Shown: positions 1 to 10,350 of the stretch, piece after piece
How positions within the stretch are numbered: position 1 is the stretch's first letter
Layout: every line of letters starts with the position of its first letter
DNA from: a virus
Virus record (IMG/VR): IMGVR_UViG_3300047494_000107
Coordinates: 32,001 to 96,000 of that record
Length of the DNA stretch: 64,000 bases
Strand: one strand, 5' to 3'
Position numbers and translations under genes: made by a program
The notes under the pieces: generated by a model
What the model was told of the DNA's origin: nothing
The model's input: the letters and a program-made list of their open reading frames with translations, nothing else
The model's database searches: none

Positions 1-1338
1 ACTGGGACGACCAGCGCTACCGTAGCCATCGGCAACGACAGCCGGATCACAGGTGCCGAGCAGACGTCCAATAAGGGTGCTCCCAGCGGTTACGCAGGCT
101 TGAATAGCGCCCAGCAGGTGGCGGTCGCCAACCTTCCCGTTGGCACGGCAGCAGGGACTGTAGCGGCCGGCAATGACAGCCGCATCTCTGGAGCTGAGCA
201 GACCTCGCACAAAGGTGCAGCAAGCGGCTACGCCCCGCTGAACGCGTCCTCGCAGGTACCGATCGGGAACATCCCAGTCGGCACAACCAGCACGACGGTC
301 GCTGCGGGTAACGACACGCGCATAGCGAATGCGGAGCAAGTCGGCAACAAGGGCGTCGCGAGCGGGTATGCGCCGTTGAACGGTTCCGCTAAAGTCCCGG
401 CAACCAACCTGGATGTTGCGGCGATCACCACGCCTGGTGTTGTTCAGGTGCCGACCACGGGTCTTATCGTCGATTCGTCCGGCAACGTCCAGGTCAGCAA
501 CCAAGTTCTATTCGCGATGATCGACACGGCGTTGCGGTCACTCGCAACGTCACCGACAAATCCAGGTGAGTACTGGAACAATGGCGGCGCTCCTGCGCGC
601 GTGCCTGGGACGTTCGTGCCCGCGAATGCGACGAGCCAAGCGCAGATTTTCCTGCAGACCGTCTTCACGGCACTCCCGACCACACCAGGCGCGGCCGGCA
701 CGTACTGGATGAACGGCGGTTTGCCGACGAAAGTTCCAGGGACGCTTGCGTCGCCTGCCACAACGACCCAAGACGCGTCGACCGCACTGTTGAATTTGGC
801 GCAAACGACGGGCGGTTCCGCGTCTGAGTGGAACAACGGCGGCGGTATATCTATCCGTAACACACCGGGCGTCATAGCGCCGCCAGTGGCGACGACCGCT
901 TCAACAGGTGTTGTCGCTGTGCCGGCGACCAGCCAGTTGGCGGTTGATACGTTCGGCAACATCGGCGTGAACAATCAGATTCTGTTCACCATGATCGACA
1001 CTGCGGTTCGGTATCTCCCGACGACGGTACCGAACGTCGGCGAGTACTGGGTCGACGGCGGCAAGCTGGCGCGACGACCGGGAGCGTTTGTGCTTGCGGC
1101 GGCATCAAGCCAGGCGCAGATCTTTTTGGTCGGCACGTTCGGCGCACTTCCAAATGCACCCGGCGGGGCAGGCACTTGGTGGAATAACGGCGGTTTCCCG
1201 ACACGTGTGCCAGGAAATCTCGTCACCTATGTGTCCGCCACACAGGACGTCTCCACCGCGCTTACGAACCTCCCCTTCAGCCCGGGTCGGTCAGGAACCG
1301 AGTGGGTCGACGGCGGCAGGTATGTCATCGTCAACTAA
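1..1338 (+). CDS. Tail-fibre-like repeat protein (5' partial)
   Basis: Frame is open from base 1; ~44-aa repeats GNDSRIxGAEQxxxKGxxSGYAPLN; duplicated C-terminal block with Wx(N/D)GG motifs. Confidence 0.7.
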   Translation, partial: TGTTSATVAIGNDSRITGAEQTSNKGAPSGYAGLNSAQQVAVANLPVGTAAGTVAAGNDSRISGAEQTSHKGAASGYAPLNASSQVPIGNIPVGTTSTTVAAGNDTRIANAEQVGNKGVASGYAPLNGSAKVPATNLDVAAITTPGVVQVPTTGLIVDSSGNVQVSNQVLFAMIDTALRSLATSPTNPGEYWNNGGAPARVPGTFVPANATSQAQIFLQTVFTALPTTPGAAGTYWMNGGLPTKVPGTLASPATTTQDASTALLNLAQTTGGSASEWNNGGGISIRNTPGVIAPPVATTASTGVVAVPATSQLAVDTFGNIGVNNQILFTMIDTAVRYLPTTVPNVGEYWVDGGKLARRPGAFVLAAASSQAQIFLVGTFGALPNAPGGAGTWWNNGGFPTRVPGNLVTYVSATQDVSTALTNLPFSPGRSGTEWVDGGRYVIVN

Positions 1339-1416
1339 GGCGTAGGCGCAACCCTGCGGCCTTCTTGGCGCCCCGTAGTAAGACAGGTCACGTCTCATTG
1401 CCGGGTACTGAGGTAA

Positions 1417-4233
1417 ATGCGCGCTTTCAATTTCGTCTTTAGCGCCCTCGCGACGCTGGCTGTATCATCGCCGCTGTTCGCGCAGACGCCGCCTGATTCG
1501 TCTTTGCCGTTCGGCGCGCTGCTTCAGACTCAGAACGCGACAAACTCCGACACACGGCTTGAGGCCACTCAGGGCTATGTCCTCGCTCACGCGTCGGCGG
1601 TTTCGGTGCCGGTGGCGAGTGTGCTGGCCGGCGTCACTTCCGGGTCTACTACCGTTCTGCAGGCCGCCACGGCGTCGGGCATTGAAAGCGTCCTCGGTTT
1701 CACGCCGCTTAGCCCCGCGAACAATCTGTCTGAACTGACGTCTACGGCAGTGACGGCCAGGTCGAATCTTGGTGTGCCGCCTGTTCCGACCAACGCCACT
1801 GTCCTAGGTTGGAATTCGGGCGCTTGGTACGCTCCTGCGCTATCGGGTAGCGGTACCACTGTGATGACGTCTAGCCAGACGTCATTCACGCTCGGCGATG
1901 TGTTGACGCCGTCCGGTTCGGGCGATCTTGCCGACCTCGGCGTGATGAATTTGTCCAGCACCGTGGTCACGATGCAGGGTGCTCAAAACAACATTTATTT
2001 CACGCCATCTGCAGCCGCCAACACCCAAGACGTTATCGGGACCAGCGGGACGGACACGAATGTTAACCTGCGGTTCACGATGCAGGGCGCGGGTGCGGCG
2101 CAGTTCCAGAATGCCGGGGCGACATGCCCCGTCAATATCGGCTCGGTGAACGGTGGGTCTCCCTTCATCAACACAGGCGGTGTGGCATGCGACCTGTATG
2201 TGTCGGCGGGGACCTCCGCCGGTGCGAATAACATCCATTTTCAGCCGGCCGGTCTTCAGGTTCTTGAACTGAGCGTCGCGAGCGGGTCACCGACTGGCGG
2301 CGTGCAGATTACGAGCGGCGCTGGCCAAGCCAAAATCGGTGTCATTGATGGCACGAACGCTAACTCGAATCTGATCTTGGCGGCCAAAGGCACTGGCACT
2401 GTCCAGGCGCCGACGAATTCGTCCGCTATCGATTCCACGGCGCAGGTGGCGACGGATAAGTTCGTGCAAAACGCCATGGCGGCGGTTGTGCCAAATATCC
2501 CCGCGGTGTCGCCGATCTGCAGCACGACGATGGCGACGGGCACAACTGGCAACCCAGGCGGCAACGTCTACGGCCGCAAGGTGTTTTATTGCCCCCAGGG
2601 CGGCAGCCCTCTTCAGCTTCTGATTCCTAGTTTTTACGTCAGCGGGTCTCAGGTTGAGACGCCGTTGACCTCAGTTATCATGGTCAATCTGTCGGTGCAG
2701 CCGAACTTGCCGGCGCCGTGGAATCCAGCAACGACCTATACGAGCGGACAAAGTGTCACGTACACGCCGACGGGCACGTCCAGCGCGCCGACACCATACG
2801 TCTATACGGCGACGACATCTAACACGAACAGTCTGCCGACTCCTGGCAACAGCAACTGGTCGGCCGGCACGGAACCAGCTCGCGTTTCGGTCACGTGCAA
2901 TCATTCGCAGACATGCATCATCCCGGTGACGTTGACCGGGGCCGGCGTCTATCAGACCGCAGCCGACGTCCTGACCGATCCGATTCCAGTCGCGGTCTCT
3001 GCTGGGTCGTACCTTGGCGTCTACACTTGGATGCCGAAGACCAGCGCCAACAGCCAGTACGCAGGCACGTCGCAGGGTTTCGTTGAACTCGGCGACAGCC
3101 TGCATGTGTCGCAGTTCGGGGTCGACCTCACGGCGTCTGGGGATACGAACACCAACACGGCTGGTGGTTTTCCCGTCACCGCGATCGTCGGTGTGCGCAC
3201 CACGCCGGGCCCGAGCGCTTGCGTTATCGGGACGAGTCTTGACGACGGGTTCTCTGAGGCGGGCGGCGGTCTGAGCAGCTTCACTTTCGTGAGCGCCGGA
3301 ACTGGACACACATCGGCGGAAATTGGGCATCGACTGCGGATGAACAACGCGGGCGCCAGTACCCACGCTGTCGGCCAGGTTGTGGCAGGTGCGGGGAACG
3401 GTGGTATCGGCACGGGCACCGTCGACAACGGCGCAGAGTTCATTATCTCGTCCGTATCAGGCGGCGCTGTAACGCTGACGACAGCCTGGAACGGTATCTA
3501 CAGTTCCGGTCAAGGGGAGACGGTACCGAACGGCACGCAAGGTTTGTACGATCTGGATTCGTCGACCCCTACGACCTTGACCAACATCACGATCACACCG
3601 AACTTCGGTTTGGCAACGTACGACAACTACCACCAGTTCTTTCAGCGCGGGATGCTTGCTCGCGGTCTCAACGATGCCGACATCCCGACGGTCATGCTGG
3701 CGCGCAGCGGCGATACACTCGTCGGCTTTCTGTCTCGCGCCGTTGACCGGTTGGCGGAAATTCAGCGCGTCGGCTGCAGCACGGTCATCATCGACAGCGG
3801 CTACAACGATCTATCGGCGGGCACGTCTGCGTCCGTAGTAGAGGGATATATCACGTCGGTTGCGCAGGAAGTCGCGCTTATTCCGGCTGTAAAGTCGGTC
3901 CTCGTGGCGACGATCAAGCCGTTGGCGATCACGACGACGGACGGTTTTGAGACGACCGCCAACATGACGGTCAGTGCAAACAACGCCAATGTCCAAGCCG
4001 TCAACGCCTGGATGCGTACGAATTTCGCCGGGGCCGCAGCGCCACCTACGCAGACCGCTCCGATCACCGGCTACTTGGAGATATCGGACACGCTGTCGCC
4101 GAACCGCGACGGCAAGCTGATCCCAGGAACCGGTGTCGTCTGCCAATACACCGCTGATGGGGTGCATTTGACGCCGGCCGGTTACGCGAAAGTCGAGACG
4201 GCTGTTGCCGCACAAGCGGGGAAGATCCTGTGA
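1417..4233 (+). CDS. Exported fibre-like protein with CBM5/12-like module and C-terminal SGNH hydrolase
   Basis: Signal peptide (..SPLFA|Q); fibre motif DSTAQVATDKFVQ; WNPATTYTSGQSVTY..NWS; SGNH blocks IGTSL, GYND, DGVH. Confidence 0.7.
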   Translation: MRAFNFVFSALATLAVSSPLFAQTPPDSSLPFGALLQTQNATNSDTRLEATQGYVLAHASAVSVPVASVLAGVTSGSTTVLQAATASGIESVLGFTPLSPANNLSELTSTAVTARSNLGVPPVPTNATVLGWNSGAWYAPALSGSGTTVMTSSQTSFTLGDVLTPSGSGDLADLGVMNLSSTVVTMQGAQNNIYFTPSAAANTQDVIGTSGTDTNVNLRFTMQGAGAAQFQNAGATCPVNIGSVNGGSPFINTGGVACDLYVSAGTSAGANNIHFQPAGLQVLELSVASGSPTGGVQITSGAGQAKIGVIDGTNANSNLILAAKGTGTVQAPTNSSAIDSTAQVATDKFVQNAMAAVVPNIPAVSPICSTTMATGTTGNPGGNVYGRKVFYCPQGGSPLQLLIPSFYVSGSQVETPLTSVIMVNLSVQPNLPAPWNPATTYTSGQSVTYTPTGTSSAPTPYVYTATTSNTNSLPTPGNSNWSAGTEPARVSVTCNHSQTCIIPVTLTGAGVYQTAADVLTDPIPVAVSAGSYLGVYTWMPKTSANSQYAGTSQGFVELGDSLHVSQFGVDLTASGDTNTNTAGGFPVTAIVGVRTTPGPSACVIGTSLDDGFSEAGGGLSSFTFVSAGTGHTSAEIGHRLRMNNAGASTHAVGQVVAGAGNGGIGTGTVDNGAEFIISSVSGGAVTLTTAWNGIYSSGQGETVPNGTQGLYDLDSSTPTTLTNITITPNFGLATYDNYHQFFQRGMLARGLNDADIPTVMLARSGDTLVGFLSRAVDRLAEIQRVGCSTVIIDSGYNDLSAGTSASVVEGYITSVAQEVALIPAVKSVLVATIKPLAITTTDGFETTANMTVSANNANVQAVNAWMRTNFAGAAAPPTQTAPITGYLEISDTLSPNRDGKLIPGTGVVCQYTADGVHLTPAGYAKVETAVAAQAGKIL

Positions 4234-4688
4234 AATATCTGACACGCCTACTTGTCGCGCTGGCCGTCGCGTCGCTGCCGTTCTGTGCTTTCGCGCAGAT
4301 GCCGCGGATTCCTGGCTCTTATATCGGCTGGGCGACTGGCGTGAACATGGCGAGCACTGCTGATCAGCTCGTTTTCATCAATATCGGGGTACTGAACGTT
4401 CTGCCGACCCGCATGGTGTTGAAGAATTGCAGCGCGACGAACAGCGCCGCGGTAGGTGGCCTGTACACGGCGTCCAGCAAGGGCGGCACGGCGATAGTGT
4501 CGGCCTCTCAAACCTATTCGACGACAGTGGGTACAGGTGTTTCCCAGAGCGTCTCCATCAGCGGATCGACGATTTACACCGTGGGTCCGGGTGGCACAGG
4601 CAACTGGTTTTACTTTTCGTTGAGTACGGCAGGGTCCGGCACCTGCGACATCGTTTTGTTCGGCGATGACTACACGGCGCCGCTGTAA
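4230..4688 (+). CDS. Exported beta-rich hypothetical protein
   Basis: Signal peptide ..CAFA|Q; GTGA overlap with upstream gene; two Cys in mature part. Confidence 0.75.
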   Translation: MKYLTRLLVALAVASLPFCAFAQMPRIPGSYIGWATGVNMASTADQLVFINIGVLNVLPTRMVLKNCSATNSAAVGGLYTASSKGGTAIVSASQTYSTTVGTGVSQSVSISGSTIYTVGPGGTGNWFYFSLSTAGSGTCDIVLFGDDYTAPL

Positions 4689-4715
4689 ATCGCCGCACCA
4701 AAGGTTAGGTATAGT

Positions 4716-6692
4716 ATGCGTACGTTTCTGACTGGTTTGGCAGTTTCGTTCGGGGCGCTCCTTGCCGCTGCGACGGCTTTCGCGCAGACGCCGCCTGACT
4801 CGTCGTTGCCCGTCGGGTCGCTTCTGCAGCCTCAGCCGTACACCAATTCTGACACCCGTCTTCAGGCTACTCAGGGGTACGTGCTTGCGCATGCTGGCAC
4901 TGTCCAGGTGCCGACCGCCAGTGTATTGGCCGGCTCGGGAAACGCGCTGGTTGCGGCGACCGGCACTGGTATCGCAAACGTCCTCGGTTTCACACCGCTT
5001 AGCCCCGCAAACAACCTGTCTGAGCTGACGTCGACGGCCTCGACTGCTCGGTCGAACCTCGGCGTTCCACCTGTTCCGAGCGCTGCGGCGGCAGTGCTGG
5101 GTTGGAGCACGTCGACCGGGTGGACGTCGTCGTCTATCTCGGGGTCCGGCTCGACTCTTATGAGTTCGGCTCTGACGGCTTTTACGGCGGGCGATGTTCT
5201 CACACCGTCAAGCACAGGCGACCTTGTTGACGTCGGGCTGCTGAACCTCAACAGCGCCGGAACGCTAGCGCTCATCAAGGGCGCGCTTCATGTCCAGTCG
5301 TCTGGCGCGACATGCCCTGTCAACATTGGGTCTTCGAGCGGTGGCGTTCCCTTCATCAACACGGCTGGGGGCGCCTGCGATCTAGCCGTCACAGCTGGTA
5401 CGTCGGGCGGCACCAACAACCTCAAATTTTATCCGGACGGCCTTCAGGTTCTTGAACTGAGCGTGTCGTCCGGCACGCCGACAGGTGGCGTGCAAATCAC
5501 CGGAGGTGTCGGTCAGGCGAAAATTGGCGTCATCGACTCTGGGGCCAACTCCAATCTGGTTTTGGCGGCCAAAGGTACTGGCACTGTCCAGGCTCCGACG
5601 AACTCGTCCGCAGCAGACAGTACAAATCAGGTGGCCACTGACGGCTTCGTTCAGTCGGTGGCTGACGCGTTGGCGCCGAGCAGCACTACAGTCAACCCCA
5701 CGACACCCCCGTCTCTCGTCGGCCTGACAAGCACGGCCGGCAGCACCACGCCGATCACACTGGGCACGGGACTGACGCTAACGGGCGGTGTTTTGAGTTC
5801 CACTGGCAGCGGGTCGGGGTCTGGATCAGTCGCTAGTGGCGCGCTAGGCACTATTGCCTACTACGCTGCAGCCGGTACGTCGGTCGTTGGCGGTACGCCG
5901 TCTACGATCGGTATTGCTTCACTGTCGGCCACACAGACCTTCACCGGAAATAACACGTTCACTGGCACGGTGACGCTTCCTGGTGGCTACTTGCCTTCGA
6001 ACTTCAACGGCTGGACGACCGGCAGCCCTGTTGCGGTAACCAATTTAACGACGAATGACGGTTCGACTGATATCGCCACTGATGCGTTCGTCCAGGCAAA
6101 TGAGGCGCTTATTTCGCCGCAGGTGGCCGATAACACGCACTATCTGCTTGCACCTACGAGCACACTCGGTGCCACGCAGGTAATCACACTCGGCAGTAAC
6201 CTGTCCATTGCGAGCGGCGTTCTGAGCGCTACAGGCGGTGGCGGCTCTGGTTCGGGAACTGTCGGAAACGGAAGCCAGTATCAGGTCGCGTATTACAACG
6301 GCACAGGGACGACACAATCGGTCATTGGCGGCTCTCTTTCCACCATAGGTGCGGCGCCGATCGCCAGCCCTTACTTCACAGGTGTAATGGCGTTCAACAA
6401 CGCTGGTTCTGCGCCGATCATCAAGACAGCGAGCGAGACTTTAGCTGCCACGTATCAGTCTGTGCGCGAGTACAAACCGACCGCTAGCGGGTTGACAGTT
6501 ACGCTGTTTACGCCGTCAGGGGGAGCCCCCTACCCGAACTTCATTCTGCATAATTCCGCAAATTTCAGCCCTTCAACGGGCGGTTTCAATGTCACAGTTT
6601 TGGCACCGGATGGTTCTACCGTCATTGCCACCGAAGCGCCTGGTGGTACATGCGGCGCCAAATACGACGGCACGACATGGGAGTGCTGGTAA
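4716..6692 (+). CDS. Exported tail-fibre-like protein, paralogue of 1417..4233
   Basis: Signal peptide; N-terminal ~300 aa similar to the 1417 protein; fibre motifs QVATDGFVQ, DIATDAFVQ, APIASPYFTG; C-terminal YDGTTW. Confidence 0.75.
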   Translation: MRTFLTGLAVSFGALLAAATAFAQTPPDSSLPVGSLLQPQPYTNSDTRLQATQGYVLAHAGTVQVPTASVLAGSGNALVAATGTGIANVLGFTPLSPANNLSELTSTASTARSNLGVPPVPSAAAAVLGWSTSTGWTSSSISGSGSTLMSSALTAFTAGDVLTPSSTGDLVDVGLLNLNSAGTLALIKGALHVQSSGATCPVNIGSSSGGVPFINTAGGACDLAVTAGTSGGTNNLKFYPDGLQVLELSVSSGTPTGGVQITGGVGQAKIGVIDSGANSNLVLAAKGTGTVQAPTNSSAADSTNQVATDGFVQSVADALAPSSTTVNPTTPPSLVGLTSTAGSTTPITLGTGLTLTGGVLSSTGSGSGSGSVASGALGTIAYYAAAGTSVVGGTPSTIGIASLSATQTFTGNNTFTGTVTLPGGYLPSNFNGWTTGSPVAVTNLTTNDGSTDIATDAFVQANEALISPQVADNTHYLLAPTSTLGATQVITLGSNLSIASGVLSATGGGGSGSGTVGNGSQYQVAYYNGTGTTQSVIGGSLSTIGAAPIASPYFTGVMAFNNAGSAPIIKTASETLAATYQSVREYKPTASGLTVTLFTPSGGAPYPNFILHNSANFSPSTGGFNVTVLAPDGSTVIATEAPGGTCGAKYDGTTWECW

Positions 6693-6693
6693 G

Positions 6694-8094
6694 GTGCTTA
6701 TCCAGCGTCGCAGGAGCATTCTGCGGACTATCCCCGCTGTTGCGATGGCGGATTACTTCCGCCGCATAGAATGGGCACGGGCGAACGGCGCAAGCACGCT
6801 CGGGGATTCTGGTTTCGCGTGCGACTGGCGTGACATCACTCGTCAAGCCTACGCGCTGAACAGCCCGTGGAACACGCCGATCGGGAAGGGCGCGCAGTAC
6901 GGTCTGTCGACTGACGCTGACGTCCTGGCGCTTCAGGCACTCGGCAGCGCAAGCTACACGAATGGGTCGTCGACGAAATCTCACGTCCATTCCGGCGACA
7001 ACAACGCCCAGCTATGGGTCGTGTCGACGGCGTCCGATCCGCTCATTCCCGTGACGGACATATCCAACTCGTCGAGCCCTGACTGGGCGGGTTCATCGAC
7101 CCCTGTGCATATCCCGCTGGGGACTCGCCCCTATGGGGGCACAGAACATCTTAGTGTCATTGACACCGCGCAGAGTATCGTCTGGCATGGCTATTTGTGT
7201 CAGGTATCCGACGCAAGTGGCAGCAACTATCAGTACTACAATCCGGTTGTCTCGAACAGTAAGATACAGTTCAAAGGCGGCCGGTTTAACGATCTTTACG
7301 GCAACGCTGTTAGCCCGTGTACAGCGCCCGGCATCCCGTCAACCGAGTTGAACCGGCTGGGCTGGGGTGACTGCGCGCTGCGGGTCGAAGATGTCCTAGA
7401 CTTCTACGGCCCGAATAACCAGCGGATGGATTCAATCCGCCACGTTCTTCGCTTTGCGTTGAGCGTAGCCGAGATGAACGGCTACCTGGATACCGCGCCT
7501 AACACCCCAGGTTTTCATTGGCCAAACGTTGCGGTCGACTACTGCTACAACAAAGCGGGGAGCGGCACGGCGGGCGTAACGGCGGCATACGTTGGCAGTC
7601 AATACACCTCGGCGTGCGGCGCAACGGGCAACAGTCTGTATTCGGCCGGCGGTCAATTGGGAATCTCGACGGGGGGTATCGACCCCTGCTTGCTGTTTGC
7701 CATACCTACCATTGAGCAGAATGGCCCGGACATCCGGACAATCCGCACTCCGGACAATAACCTGCTTACCCCGGAAGCCATGGCGGTCGCTTGGACATTG
7801 CAGAATTTCGGCATGATGTGGCGCGACAGCACAGGCGGCGATCAGATCGCGCTGAAGTGCGATCCACGGCTCACCTCTGCCGCAGCGACTGGCGGGTGGC
7901 CGTATCGCCCAGCGTACAGCGCCGCGACTCAGCAGTTCTACAATGCGATCGTCTACGCATTCCCGACGCTGATGACATACATGTCGATCGTCCGAAACTA
8001 CTCCAACGGCTCGGATGGTTTGTTCCCCTATGCGGGTGGCGGCGGCCTCTACACTCGTCCTGCCGCACCGTACGGACCGGGAGATTGCCTGTGA
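6694..8094 (+). CDS. Hypothetical protein with possible twin-arginine leader (carbohydrate-active?)
   Basis: GTG at 6694 immediately after upstream stop; RRRSIL..WARA|N leader; SPWNTPI and LQNFGM motifs. Confidence 0.6.
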   Translation: MLIQRRRSILRTIPAVAMADYFRRIEWARANGASTLGDSGFACDWRDITRQAYALNSPWNTPIGKGAQYGLSTDADVLALQALGSASYTNGSSTKSHVHSGDNNAQLWVVSTASDPLIPVTDISNSSSPDWAGSSTPVHIPLGTRPYGGTEHLSVIDTAQSIVWHGYLCQVSDASGSNYQYYNPVVSNSKIQFKGGRFNDLYGNAVSPCTAPGIPSTELNRLGWGDCALRVEDVLDFYGPNNQRMDSIRHVLRFALSVAEMNGYLDTAPNTPGFHWPNVAVDYCYNKAGSGTAGVTAAYVGSQYTSACGATGNSLYSAGGQLGISTGGIDPCLLFAIPTIEQNGPDIRTIRTPDNNLLTPEAMAVAWTLQNFGMMWRDSTGGDQIALKCDPRLTSAAATGGWPYRPAYSAATQQFYNAIVYAFPTLMTYMSIVRNYSNGSDGLFPYAGGGGLYTRPAAPYGPGDCL

Positions 8095-8261
8095 AACTCC
8101 GTTATTGGATTCTTGTGTGCGGACCTCTGATCTACGGCGATATGCCGTCGCCTGACCAGTTCGCGCAGAACGATGTGGTCCAGACAGATGCCTCGCAGCC
8201 AGTGACACAGCCAGCCGCGCAGCCGACCACCCAGTCCGCGCCAGAGGCGCCTGCCCGGTGA
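8091..8261 (+). CDS. Small hypothetical protein
   Basis: GTGA overlaps at both ends; hydrophobic N-terminus and QP-rich tail. Confidence 0.5.
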   Translation: MKLRYWILVCGPLIYGDMPSPDQFAQNDVVQTDASQPVTQPAAQPTTQSAPEAPAR

Positions 8262-10009
8262 ACAAGCGCTGCAGTTTGATGGCGCTCGTGGCCGCGTTCG
8301 CGGTCCCTGCGGTTGCCGATGCGACCACTTGGTATGTTGATCCGCTTCATGGCAGTAACAGCCACGCAGGAACGTCGCCGTCTACGGCGTTTCAAACGGC
8401 GAGCCACGCGTATAGCCATACAGGCGGCGGGGTTTCACCGGGCGACACCGTTGTTCTGATGGCCGTCACCAGCAGCGGAGCGGTTGTCCCGCTGGCTAAT
8501 ATCGGCATCTACGGGCCACGAGAGCAGAATGGCACGGCGGCACATTTCGGAACGTCAAGTAATCACGTTCACTGGGTTGGTGGCGACGCGAACGGAAACC
8601 CGCTTACCCCGAATACAGACATATCCACTTCTCTGTGCAGCAATTCTAGCGGCGGCAGCAGCTTGCTGCCTATTTTCAGCATGCCATCCGGTGCGGGCAC
8701 CAATGTCGTTGTTCAGATCAAAGGGGGTAATACGGGGTCTACTCCAGGGTCTGGAATAAACGGTATTTTCATGGATTTTACCTGCATAAGTTTTCAGGGT
8801 ACGACAACACCAGGTTCACGGTACTTGCCATCGCAGCGTGGCAGTAAGGGCCCGATATCCGGCGTGTATATCAACACAAGTTCCGATATATGGTTTCAGA
8901 ACGTCGAAGTTGCCTACACAGGCGGGGACGGCTTGGGTACGGAAGCCACTGAAAATATATTTGTGGACCACTCGTGGTTTCACGATAATGCCTATGATAT
9001 CCCCTTCTACGATGGCGTTGAAGCGTACGGCTCCGCGCTCTCGTATTTGCGAGGATATGATTGGTACAACTACACAAGCGGGGCGTCGGTATACAGCACG
9101 CAAGTTGCGTTTGGCATAACCAACAGCCGTTTTTGGAATAACTATAATGACACGAGCACTTGTACGTCAGGAGAGCCCTGCAGCCCGACAGACGGTGAGG
9201 CCATTGAGCTTGACCGCAACGACGGGTCTTGTGAAGGCGATTTGGGGCCTTGCACGTCTGACGACCCCGGTACAGGCGCGGACAACCATCTGCCGCCGTT
9301 CACGGCGAAAATTCTCGTCGCCAACAACCAGATATGGCAGTCGGGTGGTCCAGGCATCAACTCGTACTTGACCGCCGGCCTCGTCGACATACTCGGCAAT
9401 TCGCTCTATTTGAACAACTTCAAGTCGACGAACTCCGGGTCAAACCAAGGCGAGATCAGTCTTAGCGGCGCCGCTGCGCCCCCTACGACGACAGGCGGCG
9501 TCGCATCGCCGCTAGCGTCTCAAAACTATGGCGCTCGGGTTATCGGCAATATCGGGTATTTCAACAGCAGTTTTGTGCGCTCAAATAATTCTAGCGCCCA
9601 TGCACGGTGTATTCAGGTTGAGAATAACGGTCAAACGTCGTTAAATGGAACCTACACTCCAGTCGGTTCGCCAAGTATATTGAAGAACAACCTATGTTAC
9701 GACGTGGCGGGTAGCACGTCTTACACCACGTACTTTACAAGCAACAAGACGACTCCCGCGCTGAGCACCGTAAACGGTAATGGCACGACGAGTGCGATAC
9801 TTCTCGGCAATCCGCTGTATACCTCGCCGTCGACGTCAAGCAGCGCGAACTTTCAATTGTCGCCTACCTCACCGGCTTTCGGGTTCATCGCCGCTAGTAC
9901 AAGCGAATATCTATCTCCCGACACGCTTGGTGTTGCGCGTGTGCAATCAGACCTGACGGCAGGCGCTTTTCAGGGTTCTTCGTCCACTACGTCGCTTTGC
10001 CATCGGTAA
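8258..10009 (+). CDS. Exported right-handed beta-helix (pectate-lyase-like/depolymerase) protein
   Basis: Signal peptide ..ADA|T; WYVDPxxGSNxxxGTSPxxAFQT N-cap; Asn-rich coil repeats; NFQLSPTSPA C-cap. Confidence 0.7.
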   Translation: MNKRCSLMALVAAFAVPAVADATTWYVDPLHGSNSHAGTSPSTAFQTASHAYSHTGGGVSPGDTVVLMAVTSSGAVVPLANIGIYGPREQNGTAAHFGTSSNHVHWVGGDANGNPLTPNTDISTSLCSNSSGGSSLLPIFSMPSGAGTNVVVQIKGGNTGSTPGSGINGIFMDFTCISFQGTTTPGSRYLPSQRGSKGPISGVYINTSSDIWFQNVEVAYTGGDGLGTEATENIFVDHSWFHDNAYDIPFYDGVEAYGSALSYLRGYDWYNYTSGASVYSTQVAFGITNSRFWNNYNDTSTCTSGEPCSPTDGEAIELDRNDGSCEGDLGPCTSDDPGTGADNHLPPFTAKILVANNQIWQSGGPGINSYLTAGLVDILGNSLYLNNFKSTNSGSNQGEISLSGAAAPPTTTGGVASPLASQNYGARVIGNIGYFNSSFVRSNNSSAHARCIQVENNGQTSLNGTYTPVGSPSILKNNLCYDVAGSTSYTTYFTSNKTTPALSTVNGNGTTSAILLGNPLYTSPSTSSSANFQLSPTSPAFGFIAASTSEYLSPDTLGVARVQSDLTAGAFQGSSSTTSLCHR

Positions 10010-10079
10010 TGCTTCGCTACCCTATGGGGTGAGACAGGCCGCGCGATATTGTGCGTGCAGTCTGGAGGTTTGGCTGAGA

Positions 10080-10337
10080 ATGAGCGAGACAACTGAAGGC
10101 CAAACGGAAATCGTCGAGGCTAGCACCGTCGCGATTAATACGCCTGTCCATATCTCGGCGTTCATCAAGTCTCTCAACGGCACGGCGAACGCCATCTACG
10201 GCAAGCTGCTCTCAGCCCGTTTCGGCAAGCGCGCATTTCCGCGCGCCCAGTGGGACCAGAATCTGGCTGACATCGCCGCTGAGTCGCTCCCGGTGACGAA
10301 CCACGGCCATTCGGTCGGCCGGTCTCGCGGTCGCTAA
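10080..10337 (+). CDS. Small hypothetical protein upstream of sheath
   Basis: ATG at 10080; fills the gap before the sheath gene. Confidence 0.55.
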   Translation: MSETTEGQTEIVEASTVAINTPVHISAFIKSLNGTANAIYGKLLSARFGKRAFPRAQWDQNLADIAAESLPVTNHGHSVGRSRGR

Positions 10338-10350
10338 AGGGACCTGAATC

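Noticed and set aside
1-6692. Diversity-generating retroelement or invertase shufflon acting on fibre genes
   Set aside because: No reverse transcriptase or invertase ORF seen; paralogue differences are not adenine-specific
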